Source: Planctomycetota bacterium
GTDB lineage: Bacteria; Planctomycetota; Planctomycetia; Planctomycetales; Planctomycetaceae
Reading direction: 5' to 3'
NCBI GenBank assembly: GCA_037146815.1
Contig: JBAWWJ010000014.1
Span: 1,114-65,113 of the forward strand
Length of the DNA: 64,000 nucleotides
The translations under genes and the position numbers were made by a program. Position 1 is the stretch's first letter. Every line of letters begins with the position of its first letter. The notes beneath the pieces were generated by a model. That model did no database searches, was not told the origin of the DNA, and saw nothing but the letters and a program-made list of their open reading frames with translations. Positions 50,224-60,100 of this stretch are shown piece by piece.

Positions 50224-50435
50224 CACCCGCTCCCGTGAAGTCGATCTCAAACTGCTTCCACCGCATGTACAGACGTTTGATCAATCGTACCCGATATCAC
50301 CGTGAGCGAGCCACCCGTTCCGGGAGAAATCTCGAGGGTTTGCGTGCACGCCTGAATTCGAACGATTACCATTATGTCTTAGATTCTCCTCCAAATTGAA
50401 ATTGGTTTTCCTGTCACCAGATAAGTATCTTGACC

Positions 50436-53400
50436 ATGTCTCAATCATTTTCCGTCGAATGTCCGCATTGCCACGCCAAGGGCGAGCTTGACGACCCGAA
50501 TTTGTTGGGGCGACCGCTGGCCTGCCCTGCCTGCCGCCAGGTGTTTGTGGTTTCGGTTGCCGCCCCTGCTGCGACTCCGGCACCGCTACCGGTCAGTCCC
50601 GCTCCGGTACCTGCGGTACCGCAGTTCCCAACACCAACAGCAGGATTGCCTGATCCAGCCGCGTCGTCTGCCCGGCCTGCCCAGTCGCGACCTCAGAAGA
50701 AGATTCCCAAGTTGTTAATCTGGAGCGGTGCCTCCGCGGCCGTATTGTTCGCCCTGGTCGTCTACATGATCGGGGAGTCGTTCCGGGTTTCCCATAAGAA
50801 CCGTAAGGAAGCGGTCACTACCAAAAAAGAGACGCCACCGCGAAAGCGACCTTCGTCCACAAAACCAACGATCGACGCCGGGGCAAAAGTCCCCGAGATG
50901 ACGGTTGCAGAAAATACGCCTCCTGCGAATCCGGAAACCAAGGTTCCCGCCGTCGATCCGGTGAAACCGACCACACCAGTGGAGCAACCGTTCGAGTCGA
51001 CCGAACCCAAAAAGGTCGCGGTTACTCCAGCTAGGCCAGAAAAGCCTGTGGCTGAAAAACCAGAACCTGCAGTGCCAACCACGCCGACCATCGCCAATTC
51101 CAAGTATGTCGCCCCCATTCTGTTTGATGATGACAATTCAGAAAACGGTGAAAACGTCCCCAAGGAAGTCCGCGTGAAGTTGGACTCGCTTTACGGTCCG
51201 CAATCCGTGCCCGCGATGTTGGAATTCCTGAAGCACCCACATGCTGGTGTGCGCGAACGAGCCGTCTCTTCGCTGAGTTATCAGGATTCGTCGATCTCCG
51301 GAGCCCAGGGGCCCCTACTGAAGCTGATGCAGGATCGTGTTTCTCGCATTCGAACGACGGCAGCAAATGCATTAAAGAAGCATACTGTCGAACCAGAGCC
51401 CGTGATTGAGATGCTGGGTTTCGTGGTATCGAAGGACCCGGTCCGCGATGTTCGGACTGCAGCCGCAGCGACGCTTCGCGAACTGGCGGCAAGCAATCCC
51501 GAGAATGCGACCGCTGTCGCTGCGGTGTTGATCCCTGCATTCCTTGCGGCACGTGAAGAGGACATGTCGTACCTCGCCCCCGCGATCGGTTCATTGGGGG
51601 ATGCCGCACAACCTGTTTTGCCATTGCTGGTGAAGCTGCTGAAAAACGAGGATTGCGCGTCCTACGCTTCTATGGCATTGGCGGAACTTGGCCAGATTGA
51701 GCCATTGATCCCGATCATCGAAAACGCGGAAAATCGAAGTTATTCGATCAAGACTCAAATCGCAGAAGGATTCGGTCGGCAGAAGAAGATGACACTCCCG
51801 ATGCTGGAAGTGATCAAGACACTCGCGGGCGATAAGGAAGAATATGTTCGGCGCGGGGCCGTCGCTGCTTTGAAGACTTGCGAACCCAAATTGCCAGAGG
51901 CACTTCCGCTTTTGGAGGCTGCCCAATCGGATTCCAGTTCGACAGTGCGCGAAGCTGCCGCCGAAGCGTTTGCTGCCTACGAAATCAATCCCGATCAGAA
52001 AGTACGCGGACTGCTCAAGCAGATGTTGACCGCCAAACCGGATGCCTGGGAACGCAGCACCATTTCGAACTCCATTCGTAAAATGAAAGCAGCGGGTTTA
52101 AAGAGTCTCGTCGGATTGTTTGATGATGAGGAACTCTCAGCGGAATTACGAAACGCCGCGATCGATACCCTGGCCGTCGATTACTGGGACTCGGAATCCA
52201 AGGATGCTGCGAGTCTGGAAAAGTGCAAAGAGATCCTGAAGGATGCCGAACGTCCGTTGGGAGTCCGTGTTGCCTGCGCGATCGTTCTGGCGAATTTTGA
52301 TTTGCGACTGCCTCAGACGGAACCGACATTGATGGAAGCGGTCCGCTCGGATGCGCTCGGAATGAAGCTGCGCGAACGGTCTGCCGGAATGCTCGAACGA
52401 AGCAACGCTCAGATGGTCGCCTTTTTCAGTGAACAAGCGGAAAAGCTGGAACAGCCATTGCCGGACGATGCCAAAAAGGAAGTGCGAGAAGCCCGTAACA
52501 GATTCCATCAGAGCATTCTCGGACTGCTGGCGGGGGCTGCGAATTCAGGGGATGAGAAAAGCAAGCATCCCGAGATTCTGCCACGCTACCTGATTGCCAT
52601 TCAAAAGGGCGATCACGAAGTGAAGTCAACAGCGCTTTCGATGCTGCGAACGGTGGGTGTCGACTCACCGGAAGCTGTTGCGGCGGCTCGCTCCATGCTA
52701 AAGCATGAATCAACAGACGTCCGCCGCAGTGCCCTGAGTGCCTTGGGACAGTTGCACAAGAATGCGAAAGAGGCAATCCCCGAAATCCGTGCCGCACTCA
52801 AGGATGAGGATAATTACACCGCATACACAGCGGCCGAGGCACTTGGGGAATTCGGTCCCGCTGCCGTTGAAGCGGTTCCAGACCTGTTGGAATTGTTGAA
52901 GGGGGACGAAAAGAGGACGAACTCCGCAGCGCCGATCGCACTGGCAAAGATCGCCCCCAAGGATGCCGCAGTTCAACAGGCGATGGTCGCACTGCTCGAT
53001 CAGAAAAAGATTCCTGATGGCATACTTCCCGCTTTGGAATTGATGAAAACCAGAATTCCGGGTGTTGTGCCACCGCTGCAGAAACGACTATCAGGTGCGG
53101 AGCGTGGCGAAAGTCAGGTCATCTTCATGATCCTCGCCCGGCAGGAGGCTGATGCAAAGCCCGCAATTCCTGAAATGGTTCGAGTCCTCTCGGAAGCGGA
53201 CAGTTGGACGCAAGGGAATGCGATCACGGCGATCTGCCAGCTCAAGCAGCATGCGGTCGATGCGCTGCCTGAAATCGTCAAGCTGGCTGGGAGCAGTGAT
53301 GAGCATGTTCAATCCTCGGCGATCCGCGGATTACAGATCATGGGACCTGTGGCAAAGAGTGTCATTCCGGATCTCGAAAAAATTGGTGCCGCATCACGGT

Positions 53401-56012
53401 CACAGTCGGTCAAATACAATATTCGCGAAACGATCAAGAGGTTGAATGCAGATCCGCATGATGTCGATGGCCAACTCATCACTGCCTTGACCGAAGCTCG
53501 CAGCTTCGAAGCGGCCGTCAAGGAACTTCCTGAAGATCTCGGTGTGGCGATCCAGGCTCTCGGCCGGATCTGCGGAAACGCTGACGAGAGCGTTGCACAG
53601 CGAGCCTGGGCGATGCTGGCGACGCTGACGAAGAAGGGAACGACAAAGCAGGAACTCGCAAAGCTGTTGGACAGTGACGACCTGCGAAATGCCGCGTTGG
53701 CGTCAATTCTGTTGCACCGCCTACCTGCGAAGGCTGATCGTGCGGAACTCGTCACGCAGTTGATCCCGTGGCTGCGAATCGAGATGTCGCGCTGGACCGC
53801 GATGCAGTTGATCAGTCAGACGGGCGAAACGGGGGCAAAGACGTATGCCGAAGCACTGGTCAGCCCGAACTTTCCAGCAAATTGCCGGGAGCTTGTACAG
53901 TCGGTCTCGCACCGATTCGCCCGGCGGCTGGTCGCTCCGCTGCGTGAATTGAGAAAGTCTGATCGTCCCGAGGTGTCGCAACTTGCGGCAGTTTCGCTGG
54001 CGAGGTTGAGTTCGCAGGAACCGGGACTGTTGCCTGAACTGGTCGCCATTCTGAATGGACCGAATGTTGAATTGCGACAGCAGGCGGTTCGCGGGATTGC
54101 CAATATGGCCAACGACGACATCGACGTTTCCGCGGCATTGCCCGACTTGATGAAATTGATTGCCACACTACCCGATGATGCATCGGAGAGGTCAGATGAA
54201 GCTGTCCGAATTGTTCAGATGATCGGCGTTTCTGCCGACCAGTTGCCGGTACTTCGCAAGATGCTGCGGACCGCGATTGATGACGGCGAGGATTCTGATG
54301 AAGCCGAGATCTATAACGCGTATGGCGGCAGTGCAATTCAGTTACTGAGCCGCCTGGGACCTGCTGCGGCCGAAGCATTGCCGGATATCAAGACGCTCTT
54401 GCTGCGAGTTGGTGACCGTGGGTACGCGTGGGCGATTGGAAACATTGGTGAGCCGGCAGCCGTGATGCTGAGTGGAATCGTCAAGGATACTGCGGTTCCC
54501 ACCGAAAGACGGGTGGCATTCATTCGTGATCTGGCCGGGATGAAAGAAGACTTTGCGTCGGCCGCTGCAACATTGAAGGAACTCTGCACTGATGAGGACC
54601 TGAAGGTCCGGATGTCAGCCGCGATTGCATTGGGACACGAGGGAGAAAATCTGGATGTCGCATTGAAAGTTTTGAGAGAAGTGCTGAAGTCCGACGACAA
54701 CAACTTCTCGCAGCATGCCGTACAGTATCTGGGACAAATTGGCGAACCTGCCGCTCCGGCGCTGCCGAATCTCATTGAGTTGGCCGGGCGTTCCAAGGAA
54801 TGGCAGCAATCGCAGATTGCCTATGTACTTTTCAAAATCGCGCCGTCGAAGCCGGAAGTCCACGAACTGATCGTGCAGAGCTTGAAATCCACGATAACGT
54901 TTGAACAATCCGAATTGGCAAAACATGGCGAATCGATGATCCCTCGTCTGACGAAAGCCATTCAGGACGAGAGTGATCCAATTCGAAGTCGCGCTGCAGA
55001 AATGCTTGGATACTTTGAAGCGAAAGCCAGTTCAGCGGTGCCGGCCTTGCAGGCGTTGATGGCCAGTGATAAGGGAGAGGCGGGCCTGACAGCGACAATC
55101 GCACTGGCGCGAATTGCCCCTGACACCGCTGATCTTCTACCACGCCTGATGGCTGGCTACGACAACCCAAAGACAAAGTACAAGGTTGCCGAAGGACTGA
55201 TTGCTCAAGGCTCCAGGGCGGTTGCCATTCTGCCTAAGCTCATCGAAGAAATTGAAGGTGGTTCGGAACAGGGATATGTCTACAAGATCATTGGCAAAAT
55301 GGGGCCTGCGGCCAAACCTGCACTTCCCTTGATGATGCAGAATATTTCAGACCCCATGCGGGGATACGCAATCTCTGAAGCACTCGGAAGCCTGGACAAC
55401 GATGCCGAGGAAGTTGTCCCGGAACTGATTGCCATGTGGCGTCGTGGTGAAAGTACCGAAGTAATATTTGGCGCGTTCACCAAGATGAAACAGACCGCGC
55501 CGACAATCGTAAAGCTGCTTGTCGAAGATCTGAAGAATGATGAAACACGACTGGAAGCCCTGAACTTACTGGCACTGTTCGGCGCTGCGGCTGAACCAGC
55601 ACTTCCGCAACTGCTGGAGATCGCCAAATCCGACAATGCCGAACTGCGCGGCGAAGCATTTCAGGTGATGAGTCAACTGGAATCGCATGCGGCCGAAACG
55701 ATTCCTGTCCTTGCAGCGGCGCTCAAGGATGAAAATCGACAGGTGGTCGTCCATGCCGCTCAGGCCCTGTCACGTTTGTCGAAGCACGCAGGTCCCGCAA
55801 TGCCGCAGATCATTGCGGGTTTGGAACGTGACTTACCAGTTCGCCGAGCGTTGTTGTTCCTGGTGGATGCCATGGGCCCCGCTGCTGCTGACGCAATGCC
55901 GACTTTGGAAAAGTTGTCCAAGAGTGAGGACTACTTCGAACGCCGATCGGCACATGAAGCAATCAAATCGGTGCAGGGAAAAACGAGTCGGAATGGACTC
56001 AAGGAATATTAG
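50436..56012 (+). CDS. Zn-ribbon + Pro-rich + TM + very long HEAT-repeat protein (~1860 aa)
   Basis: ECPHC..CPAC; TM LLIWSGASAAVLFALVVYMI; dozens of repeats such as VRRSALSALGQL, AAEALGEFGPAAVEAVPDLLELL. Confidence 0.9.
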   Translation: MSQSFSVECPHCHAKGELDDPNLLGRPLACPACRQVFVVSVAAPAATPAPLPVSPAPVPAVPQFPTPTAGLPDPAASSARPAQSRPQKKIPKLLIWSGASAAVLFALVVYMIGESFRVSHKNRKEAVTTKKETPPRKRPSSTKPTIDAGAKVPEMTVAENTPPANPETKVPAVDPVKPTTPVEQPFESTEPKKVAVTPARPEKPVAEKPEPAVPTTPTIANSKYVAPILFDDDNSENGENVPKEVRVKLDSLYGPQSVPAMLEFLKHPHAGVRERAVSSLSYQDSSISGAQGPLLKLMQDRVSRIRTTAANALKKHTVEPEPVIEMLGFVVSKDPVRDVRTAAAATLRELAASNPENATAVAAVLIPAFLAAREEDMSYLAPAIGSLGDAAQPVLPLLVKLLKNEDCASYASMALAELGQIEPLIPIIENAENRSYSIKTQIAEGFGRQKKMTLPMLEVIKTLAGDKEEYVRRGAVAALKTCEPKLPEALPLLEAAQSDSSSTVREAAAEAFAAYEINPDQKVRGLLKQMLTAKPDAWERSTISNSIRKMKAAGLKSLVGLFDDEELSAELRNAAIDTLAVDYWDSESKDAASLEKCKEILKDAERPLGVRVACAIVLANFDLRLPQTEPTLMEAVRSDALGMKLRERSAGMLERSNAQMVAFFSEQAEKLEQPLPDDAKKEVREARNRFHQSILGLLAGAANSGDEKSKHPEILPRYLIAIQKGDHEVKSTALSMLRTVGVDSPEAVAAARSMLKHESTDVRRSALSALGQLHKNAKEAIPEIRAALKDEDNYTAYTAAEALGEFGPAAVEAVPDLLELLKGDEKRTNSAAPIALAKIAPKDAAVQQAMVALLDQKKIPDGILPALELMKTRIPGVVPPLQKRLSGAERGESQVIFMILARQEADAKPAIPEMVRVLSEADSWTQGNAITAICQLKQHAVDALPEIVKLAGSSDEHVQSSAIRGLQIMGPVAKSVIPDLEKIGAASRSQSVKYNIRETIKRLNADPHDVDGQLITALTEARSFEAAVKELPEDLGVAIQALGRICGNADESVAQRAWAMLATLTKKGTTKQELAKLLDSDDLRNAALASILLHRLPAKADRAELVTQLIPWLRIEMSRWTAMQLISQTGETGAKTYAEALVSPNFPANCRELVQSVSHRFARRLVAPLRELRKSDRPEVSQLAAVSLARLSSQEPGLLPELVAILNGPNVELRQQAVRGIANMANDDIDVSAALPDLMKLIATLPDDASERSDEAVRIVQMIGVSADQLPVLRKMLRTAIDDGEDSDEAEIYNAYGGSAIQLLSRLGPAAAEALPDIKTLLLRVGDRGYAWAIGNIGEPAAVMLSGIVKDTAVPTERRVAFIRDLAGMKEDFASAAATLKELCTDEDLKVRMSAAIALGHEGENLDVALKVLREVLKSDDNNFSQHAVQYLGQIGEPAAPALPNLIELAGRSKEWQQSQIAYVLFKIAPSKPEVHELIVQSLKSTITFEQSELAKHGESMIPRLTKAIQDESDPIRSRAAEMLGYFEAKASSAVPALQALMASDKGEAGLTATIALARIAPDTADLLPRLMAGYDNPKTKYKVAEGLIAQGSRAVAILPKLIEEIEGGSEQGYVYKIIGKMGPAAKPALPLMMQNISDPMRGYAISEALGSLDNDAEEVVPELIAMWRRGESTEVIFGAFTKMKQTAPTIVKLLVEDLKNDETRLEALNLLALFGAAAEPALPQLLEIAKSDNAELRGEAFQVMSQLESHAAETIPVLAAALKDENRQVVVHAAQALSRLSKHAGPAMPQIIAGLERDLPVRRALLFLVDAMGPAAADAMPTLEKLSKSEDYFERRSAHEAIKSVQGKTSRNGLKEY

Positions 56013-56107
56013 GATTTCGTTTACATCTGTAACGCCTACCGATCCCCGTAGCCCGAAGACGGGCAACAGGGGCTACCCTCGTCAATTGCGAACGAAAACC
56101 CATATCC

Positions 56108-56509
56108 ATGCACCTGCGCGCAGAGTTCTGCGACGGATTCACTGAACATCTTGTGAAATGGGTGTTAGAAGCGACGAATGGCACAGCGATTGTTGAAGCG
56201 TCGTGGTGTAGCCAGGGCCGCCGCTTGGAACGAGCATTCGAAATGGTATTTCCTGATTCAAGAATCAGAGAGTGCGCTGACGTTCTTGCCAAGCTGAAGC
56301 CTGTCTACGACGGGTGTGTTGACGACTTTCCGAAATATCTGTTGACGGTAACTGGCGACCGTCGCGTGCTAACGACAACGTTGCGAGCGGGAATCAGATG
56401 GCCGGATGAAGACAAGGCTGCAGTTGACTCTTTCATGCGAGTATGGCGTCCACTAATCTCGGATGTTGAAGAATTCCTCGCGATTCCTGGTCGATCCTGG
56501 AAACGCTAA
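56108..56509 (+). CDS. Small hypothetical protein (133 aa)
   Basis: ATG ORF of ordinary globular composition between two palindromic elements; no motif recognised. Confidence 0.5.
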   Translation: MHLRAEFCDGFTEHLVKWVLEATNGTAIVEASWCSQGRRLERAFEMVFPDSRIRECADVLAKLKPVYDGCVDDFPKYLLTVTGDRRVLTTTLRAGIRWPDEDKAAVDSFMRVWRPLISDVEEFLAIPGRSWKR

Positions 56510-56549
56510 TAACACAGCCAAGCATGACGACGCGATCGAATGTGTTGTC

Positions 56550-56649
56550 GGGGTCGGGCCTGCGATATTTCGATTTTGGCCGAATTAGACCGTGGTCAGA
56601 AAAGAAAATCTCAGTCTGGCCAAAATCGAAATATCGCAGGCCCGACCCC
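56550..56649. repeat. REPIN family 4, second copy (arms 56550-56581 / 56618-56649)
   Basis: GGGGTCGGGCCTGCGATATTTCGATTTTGGCC ... GGCCAAAATCGAAATATCGCAGGCCCGACCCC, a perfect inverted pair. Confidence 0.88.
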
Positions 56650-57066
56650 TCAAAAGTTTGATTACATCGATTGCATCCGCGCATAGTCTTCGTCGCGGAA
56701 AGTCTGCAGTGGGTCGATGCAGATGAACAGGTAAACGTTTGTTTGCTCAGGTTCGCCTGCGAACTGCATCCGAACTTTGAACTGAGGTTGCTGGGTGTTC
56801 TTCATCCCCTCAAGGATTTCAAACGATTCCACCGGAGAACAAACACGCTGATGATTGGCCTGAAGATTTTTTATCGTATCTTCCACGCATTCCACATCAA
56901 ACTACGCCATTTCCAGATCGAGCAAATCCGAACTGTCGAGTCCGCACGATTTACAGCAGCGATCGGCTTCGGCACACTACTGGTCGCCGACATCGGGGGC
57001 CGGAATCGCAAATCTCCCGGTATTGATCGGACTGTTGCAACCGTTTTCAAGAAGTAAGGACCATCC

Positions 57067-57699
57067 ATGATTCGCGTGCTGAAGTGTTTGGCGGTCGTTT
57101 GCCTGGCAGGCTTGGGAGTCGCTGTTGCGGCCGACAAGGAAGAAGGATTTGTTCAGCTGTTCGACGGCAAATCGTTGACTGGCTGGAAGATCAATGAACG
57201 TCCCGAGAGTTGGGAAATTAAGGACGGCGCGATTGTCGCTAAGGGTGAACGCAGCCATTTGTTCTTCGTCGGTGATGAGAAGCCGTTCGTCAATTTCGAA
57301 CTGCGAGTCGACGTCAAAACAGAAAAGAACAGCAACGGCGGGATTTATTTCCACACGCAATTCCAGCCTGAAGGATGGCCGAAGTACGGCTTCGAAGCAC
57401 AGGTGAACAACACCTACGAAAAGGACCCGCAGAAGACGGGAAGCCTCTACGCGGTCAAGAAGGTCCTGGAAAAGCATGTTCCGGACGACGAGTGGTACAC
57501 CGAAACCGTGATCGTGAAGGGGAAGAACATCAAGATCAAGATCAACGACAAGGTTGTTGTTGATTACGACGAACCTGAAGGTCTGGAAGCCGGTAAGGAT
57601 TTCACCCGCAAGATCGATAAGGGAACGTTTGCACTGCAGGCCCATGATCCTGGCAGCCGCGTCCACTTCAAAAATATCCGGGTCAAGCGACTCGACTGA
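57067..57699 (+). CDS. DUF1080 (3-keto-disaccharide hydrolase-like) exported protein
   Basis: Signal peptide, [51 protein letters not shown]. Confidence 0.9.
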   Translation: MIRVLKCLAVVCLAGLGVAVAADKEEGFVQLFDGKSLTGWKINERPESWEIKDGAIVAKGERSHLFFVGDEKPFVNFELRVDVKTEKNSNGGIYFHTQFQPEGWPKYGFEAQVNNTYEKDPQKTGSLYAVKKVLEKHVPDDEWYTETVIVKGKNIKIKINDKVVVDYDEPEGLEAGKDFTRKIDKGTFALQAHDPGSRVHFKNIRVKRLD

Positions 57700-57712
57700 G
57701 CTACCGTGCCGT

Positions 57713-57764
57713 AATGCACTTACATCAGGGGTTGTCGTTTGATGCGACGATCCCTGATTGCATT
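57713..57764. terminator. Long hairpin after the DUF1080 gene (possible terminator)
   Basis: AATGCA..ATCAGGG-GTTGTCG-loop-CGACGAT-CCCTGAT-TGCATT; only a short U tract. Confidence 0.45.
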
Positions 57765-58136
57765 TGTGGTTACAGGAAAACTCCATCGCACTGCTGGATT
57801 TTGTCTGCGGACGACTGGGATAGACCGAAATTGCGGGAATGCCGGGCACTTTCCAGAGTGTGGGCTTCTCTACCCCTGTTTTCTCTGGTATCCTGATGTT
57901 CCGCCTGCCCGGAACTGCCAGGCATGCTGTGTCTGTCAGTTTGCCTGCCCGTGATTTCGCCCACCGCGACTAAACACCATTCCCGGCCGGTCTGTCAGTC
58001 TGTCCCGATTGTTCCAGAGTTGCGTCTCGGTTCGAGATGTCGGCTCAACGAGTTTTTTGACATCGCCCGCTGAAATTCCAGACATCCTGGGCCTGTAATC
58101 CCAGTACTGTCGGACTTCCACCGCGCGGAGGCCACC

Positions 58137-59972
58137 ATGCGACGGTTTGACATTCGAAACATTGCCATTATTGCCCACGTTGACCACGGTAAGACCACTT
58201 TGGTCGATTGCCTGCTCAAATCCAGCGGCCAGTTCCGGGAATCGCAATTGCAGGGGGAATGCATTCTTGATTCCAATGACCTGGAACGCGAACGCGGCAT
58301 CACAATCCTCGCCAAGAACATCGCCCTGATGTACGGCGAGATCAAAATTAACATTATCGATACGCCAGGCCACGCTGACTTTGGCGGCGAAGTCGAGCGA
58401 GTCCTGCGAATGGCAGACGGTGCACTGGTGCTCGTTGATGCGTTCGAAGGCCCCCGACCACAAACCCGCTTCGTGCTGAAAAAAGCATTGGAAGTCGGAC
58501 TGCAGCCCATCGTCGTCGTCAACAAGATCGACCGCCCCGATGCCCGGCCCCAGGACGTCCTGTCGGAAACCTTCGACCTGTTCGTCGAATTGGGGGCCGA
58601 CGACAAGACTCTCGATTTTCCATACGTCTTCGCCAGCGGACGGGCCGGTTATGCAACGCACGATCCAGAAAAGCCGTCAGATTCGATTAAGCCACTGCTC
58701 GACATGATCGTTCGTCACGTCCCAGGGCCGTTGACGAATCCCACGGGCCCGTTCCAGATGATGGTGACGTCACTCTCGTATTCGCAGTTCGTCGGTCGAA
58801 TTGCTACTGGACGGATTGTCAGTGGAACCATTAAGCCGCTCCAGAAAGTGGTTCTGATGAAGGCCGACGGCAAGAATGTTGCCGAACAGATCGTGACCGT
58901 CGAAGTCTTCGACAAATTGGGACGGACTGCGGTCACTGAGGGAACCGCCGGTGATATCGTCGCCTTGACGGGTCTGACGAAGCCTGAAATTGGTGACACC
59001 GTCGCGGACCCTGTGAATCCGGTCGCATTGCCTCGAATCAGTGTCGATGAACCGACGATTTCGATGCTGTTCACGGTCAATTCATCGCCGTTCGCAGGTC
59101 AACCTGGCGGTGGAAAGTACCTGACAACTCGCCATATCCACTCCCGACTGATGCGTGAATTGGAATCCAACGTCGCCTTGCGAGTCGAAGAATCCGGGGA
59201 TACTGAAGCGTTTAAGGTTTCTGGTCGTGGTGTGCTGCACTTGGCAGTTCTGATCGAAACGATGCGGCGCGAAGGGTATGAGCTTTCCGTTGGCAAGCCG
59301 ACCGTCATCCGCAAGATGATCGATGGAAAGCTGTGCGAGCCATTCGAAGTTCTCGAAATCGATGTCCCGACGGGCGAAGTCGGCCCAGTCATGGAAATCG
59401 CCGGAAATCGACGTGGCGAAGTCATCGAAATGACAGCGAACTCCACAGGAACAACTCACGTCGAGTTTTCGATTCCGGCACGTGGACTGATTGGAATTCG
59501 AACACGCATGCTGAACGCGACGCGCGGCGAAGCGATCATCCACCACCGGTTCGACCGGTATAAGCCCATCGAAGGGGAAGTCCCTCATCGAGGGAACGGC
59601 GTGCTGGTCTCACAAGAACAGGGTCGAGCGGTTCCGTTCGCACTGTTCAAATTGCAGGACGGCAAGGAATTCTTCGTTGGTCCTGGTGAAGATGTTTACG
59701 AAGGGATGATTGTCGGCGAAAACTCGCGCGACACGGACATGATCGTCAACCCGATCCGGGAAAAGAAACTGACGAACATGCGAGCCTCGGGGTCGGACGA
59801 CAACGTGATCCTGAAGCCACCTCGCAAAATGTCACTGGAAATGGCGCTCGAATACATTGAAGATGATGAGTACGTGGAAGTGACGCCACAGATCATCCGC
59901 CTGCGAAAGATCAAATTGACGGAACAAGAGCGGAAACGCAGCGTGCGTACTGAGGCCAAAGCCACCAGTTGA
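58137..59972 (+). CDS. typA: Translational GTPase TypA/BipA
   Basis: IRNIAIIAHVDHGKTTLVD, DSNDLERERGITILAK, DTPGHADFGGEVER, GRGVLHL, NPIREKKLTNMRASG. Confidence 0.98.
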   Translation: MRRFDIRNIAIIAHVDHGKTTLVDCLLKSSGQFRESQLQGECILDSNDLERERGITILAKNIALMYGEIKINIIDTPGHADFGGEVERVLRMADGALVLVDAFEGPRPQTRFVLKKALEVGLQPIVVVNKIDRPDARPQDVLSETFDLFVELGADDKTLDFPYVFASGRAGYATHDPEKPSDSIKPLLDMIVRHVPGPLTNPTGPFQMMVTSLSYSQFVGRIATGRIVSGTIKPLQKVVLMKADGKNVAEQIVTVEVFDKLGRTAVTEGTAGDIVALTGLTKPEIGDTVADPVNPVALPRISVDEPTISMLFTVNSSPFAGQPGGGKYLTTRHIHSRLMRELESNVALRVEESGDTEAFKVSGRGVLHLAVLIETMRREGYELSVGKPTVIRKMIDGKLCEPFEVLEIDVPTGEVGPVMEIAGNRRGEVIEMTANSTGTTHVEFSIPARGLIGIRTRMLNATRGEAIIHHRFDRYKPIEGEVPHRGNGVLVSQEQGRAVPFALFKLQDGKEFFVGPGEDVYEGMIVGENSRDTDMIVNPIREKKLTNMRASGSDDNVILKPPRKMSLEMALEYIEDDEYVEVTPQIIRLRKIKLTEQERKRSVRTEAKATS

Positions 59973-60100
59973 CGAACGGGCTTGTGATTGAAGTGATCAG
60001 CCGGCAGGTGCTTGTTTCCGGATCAACCGGAGACGAGTCTTCCGGCTGATATTCGAGACTCTCCCGTTTAACGTACATTCGTACTTTACGGAGAGCACTC

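Noticed and set aside
8453-56649. Palindromic repeats as CRISPR repeats or integron attC sites
   Set aside because: They occur as isolated inverted doublets, not tandem direct arrays, and no cas or intI gene is present.
56662-57057. Overlapping ORFs 56662..56895 (-) and 56671..57057 (+)
   Set aside because: Neither has a motif or clear RBS, and the minus frame has two TAG stops upstream. It may be a decayed gene, but I cannot support that.
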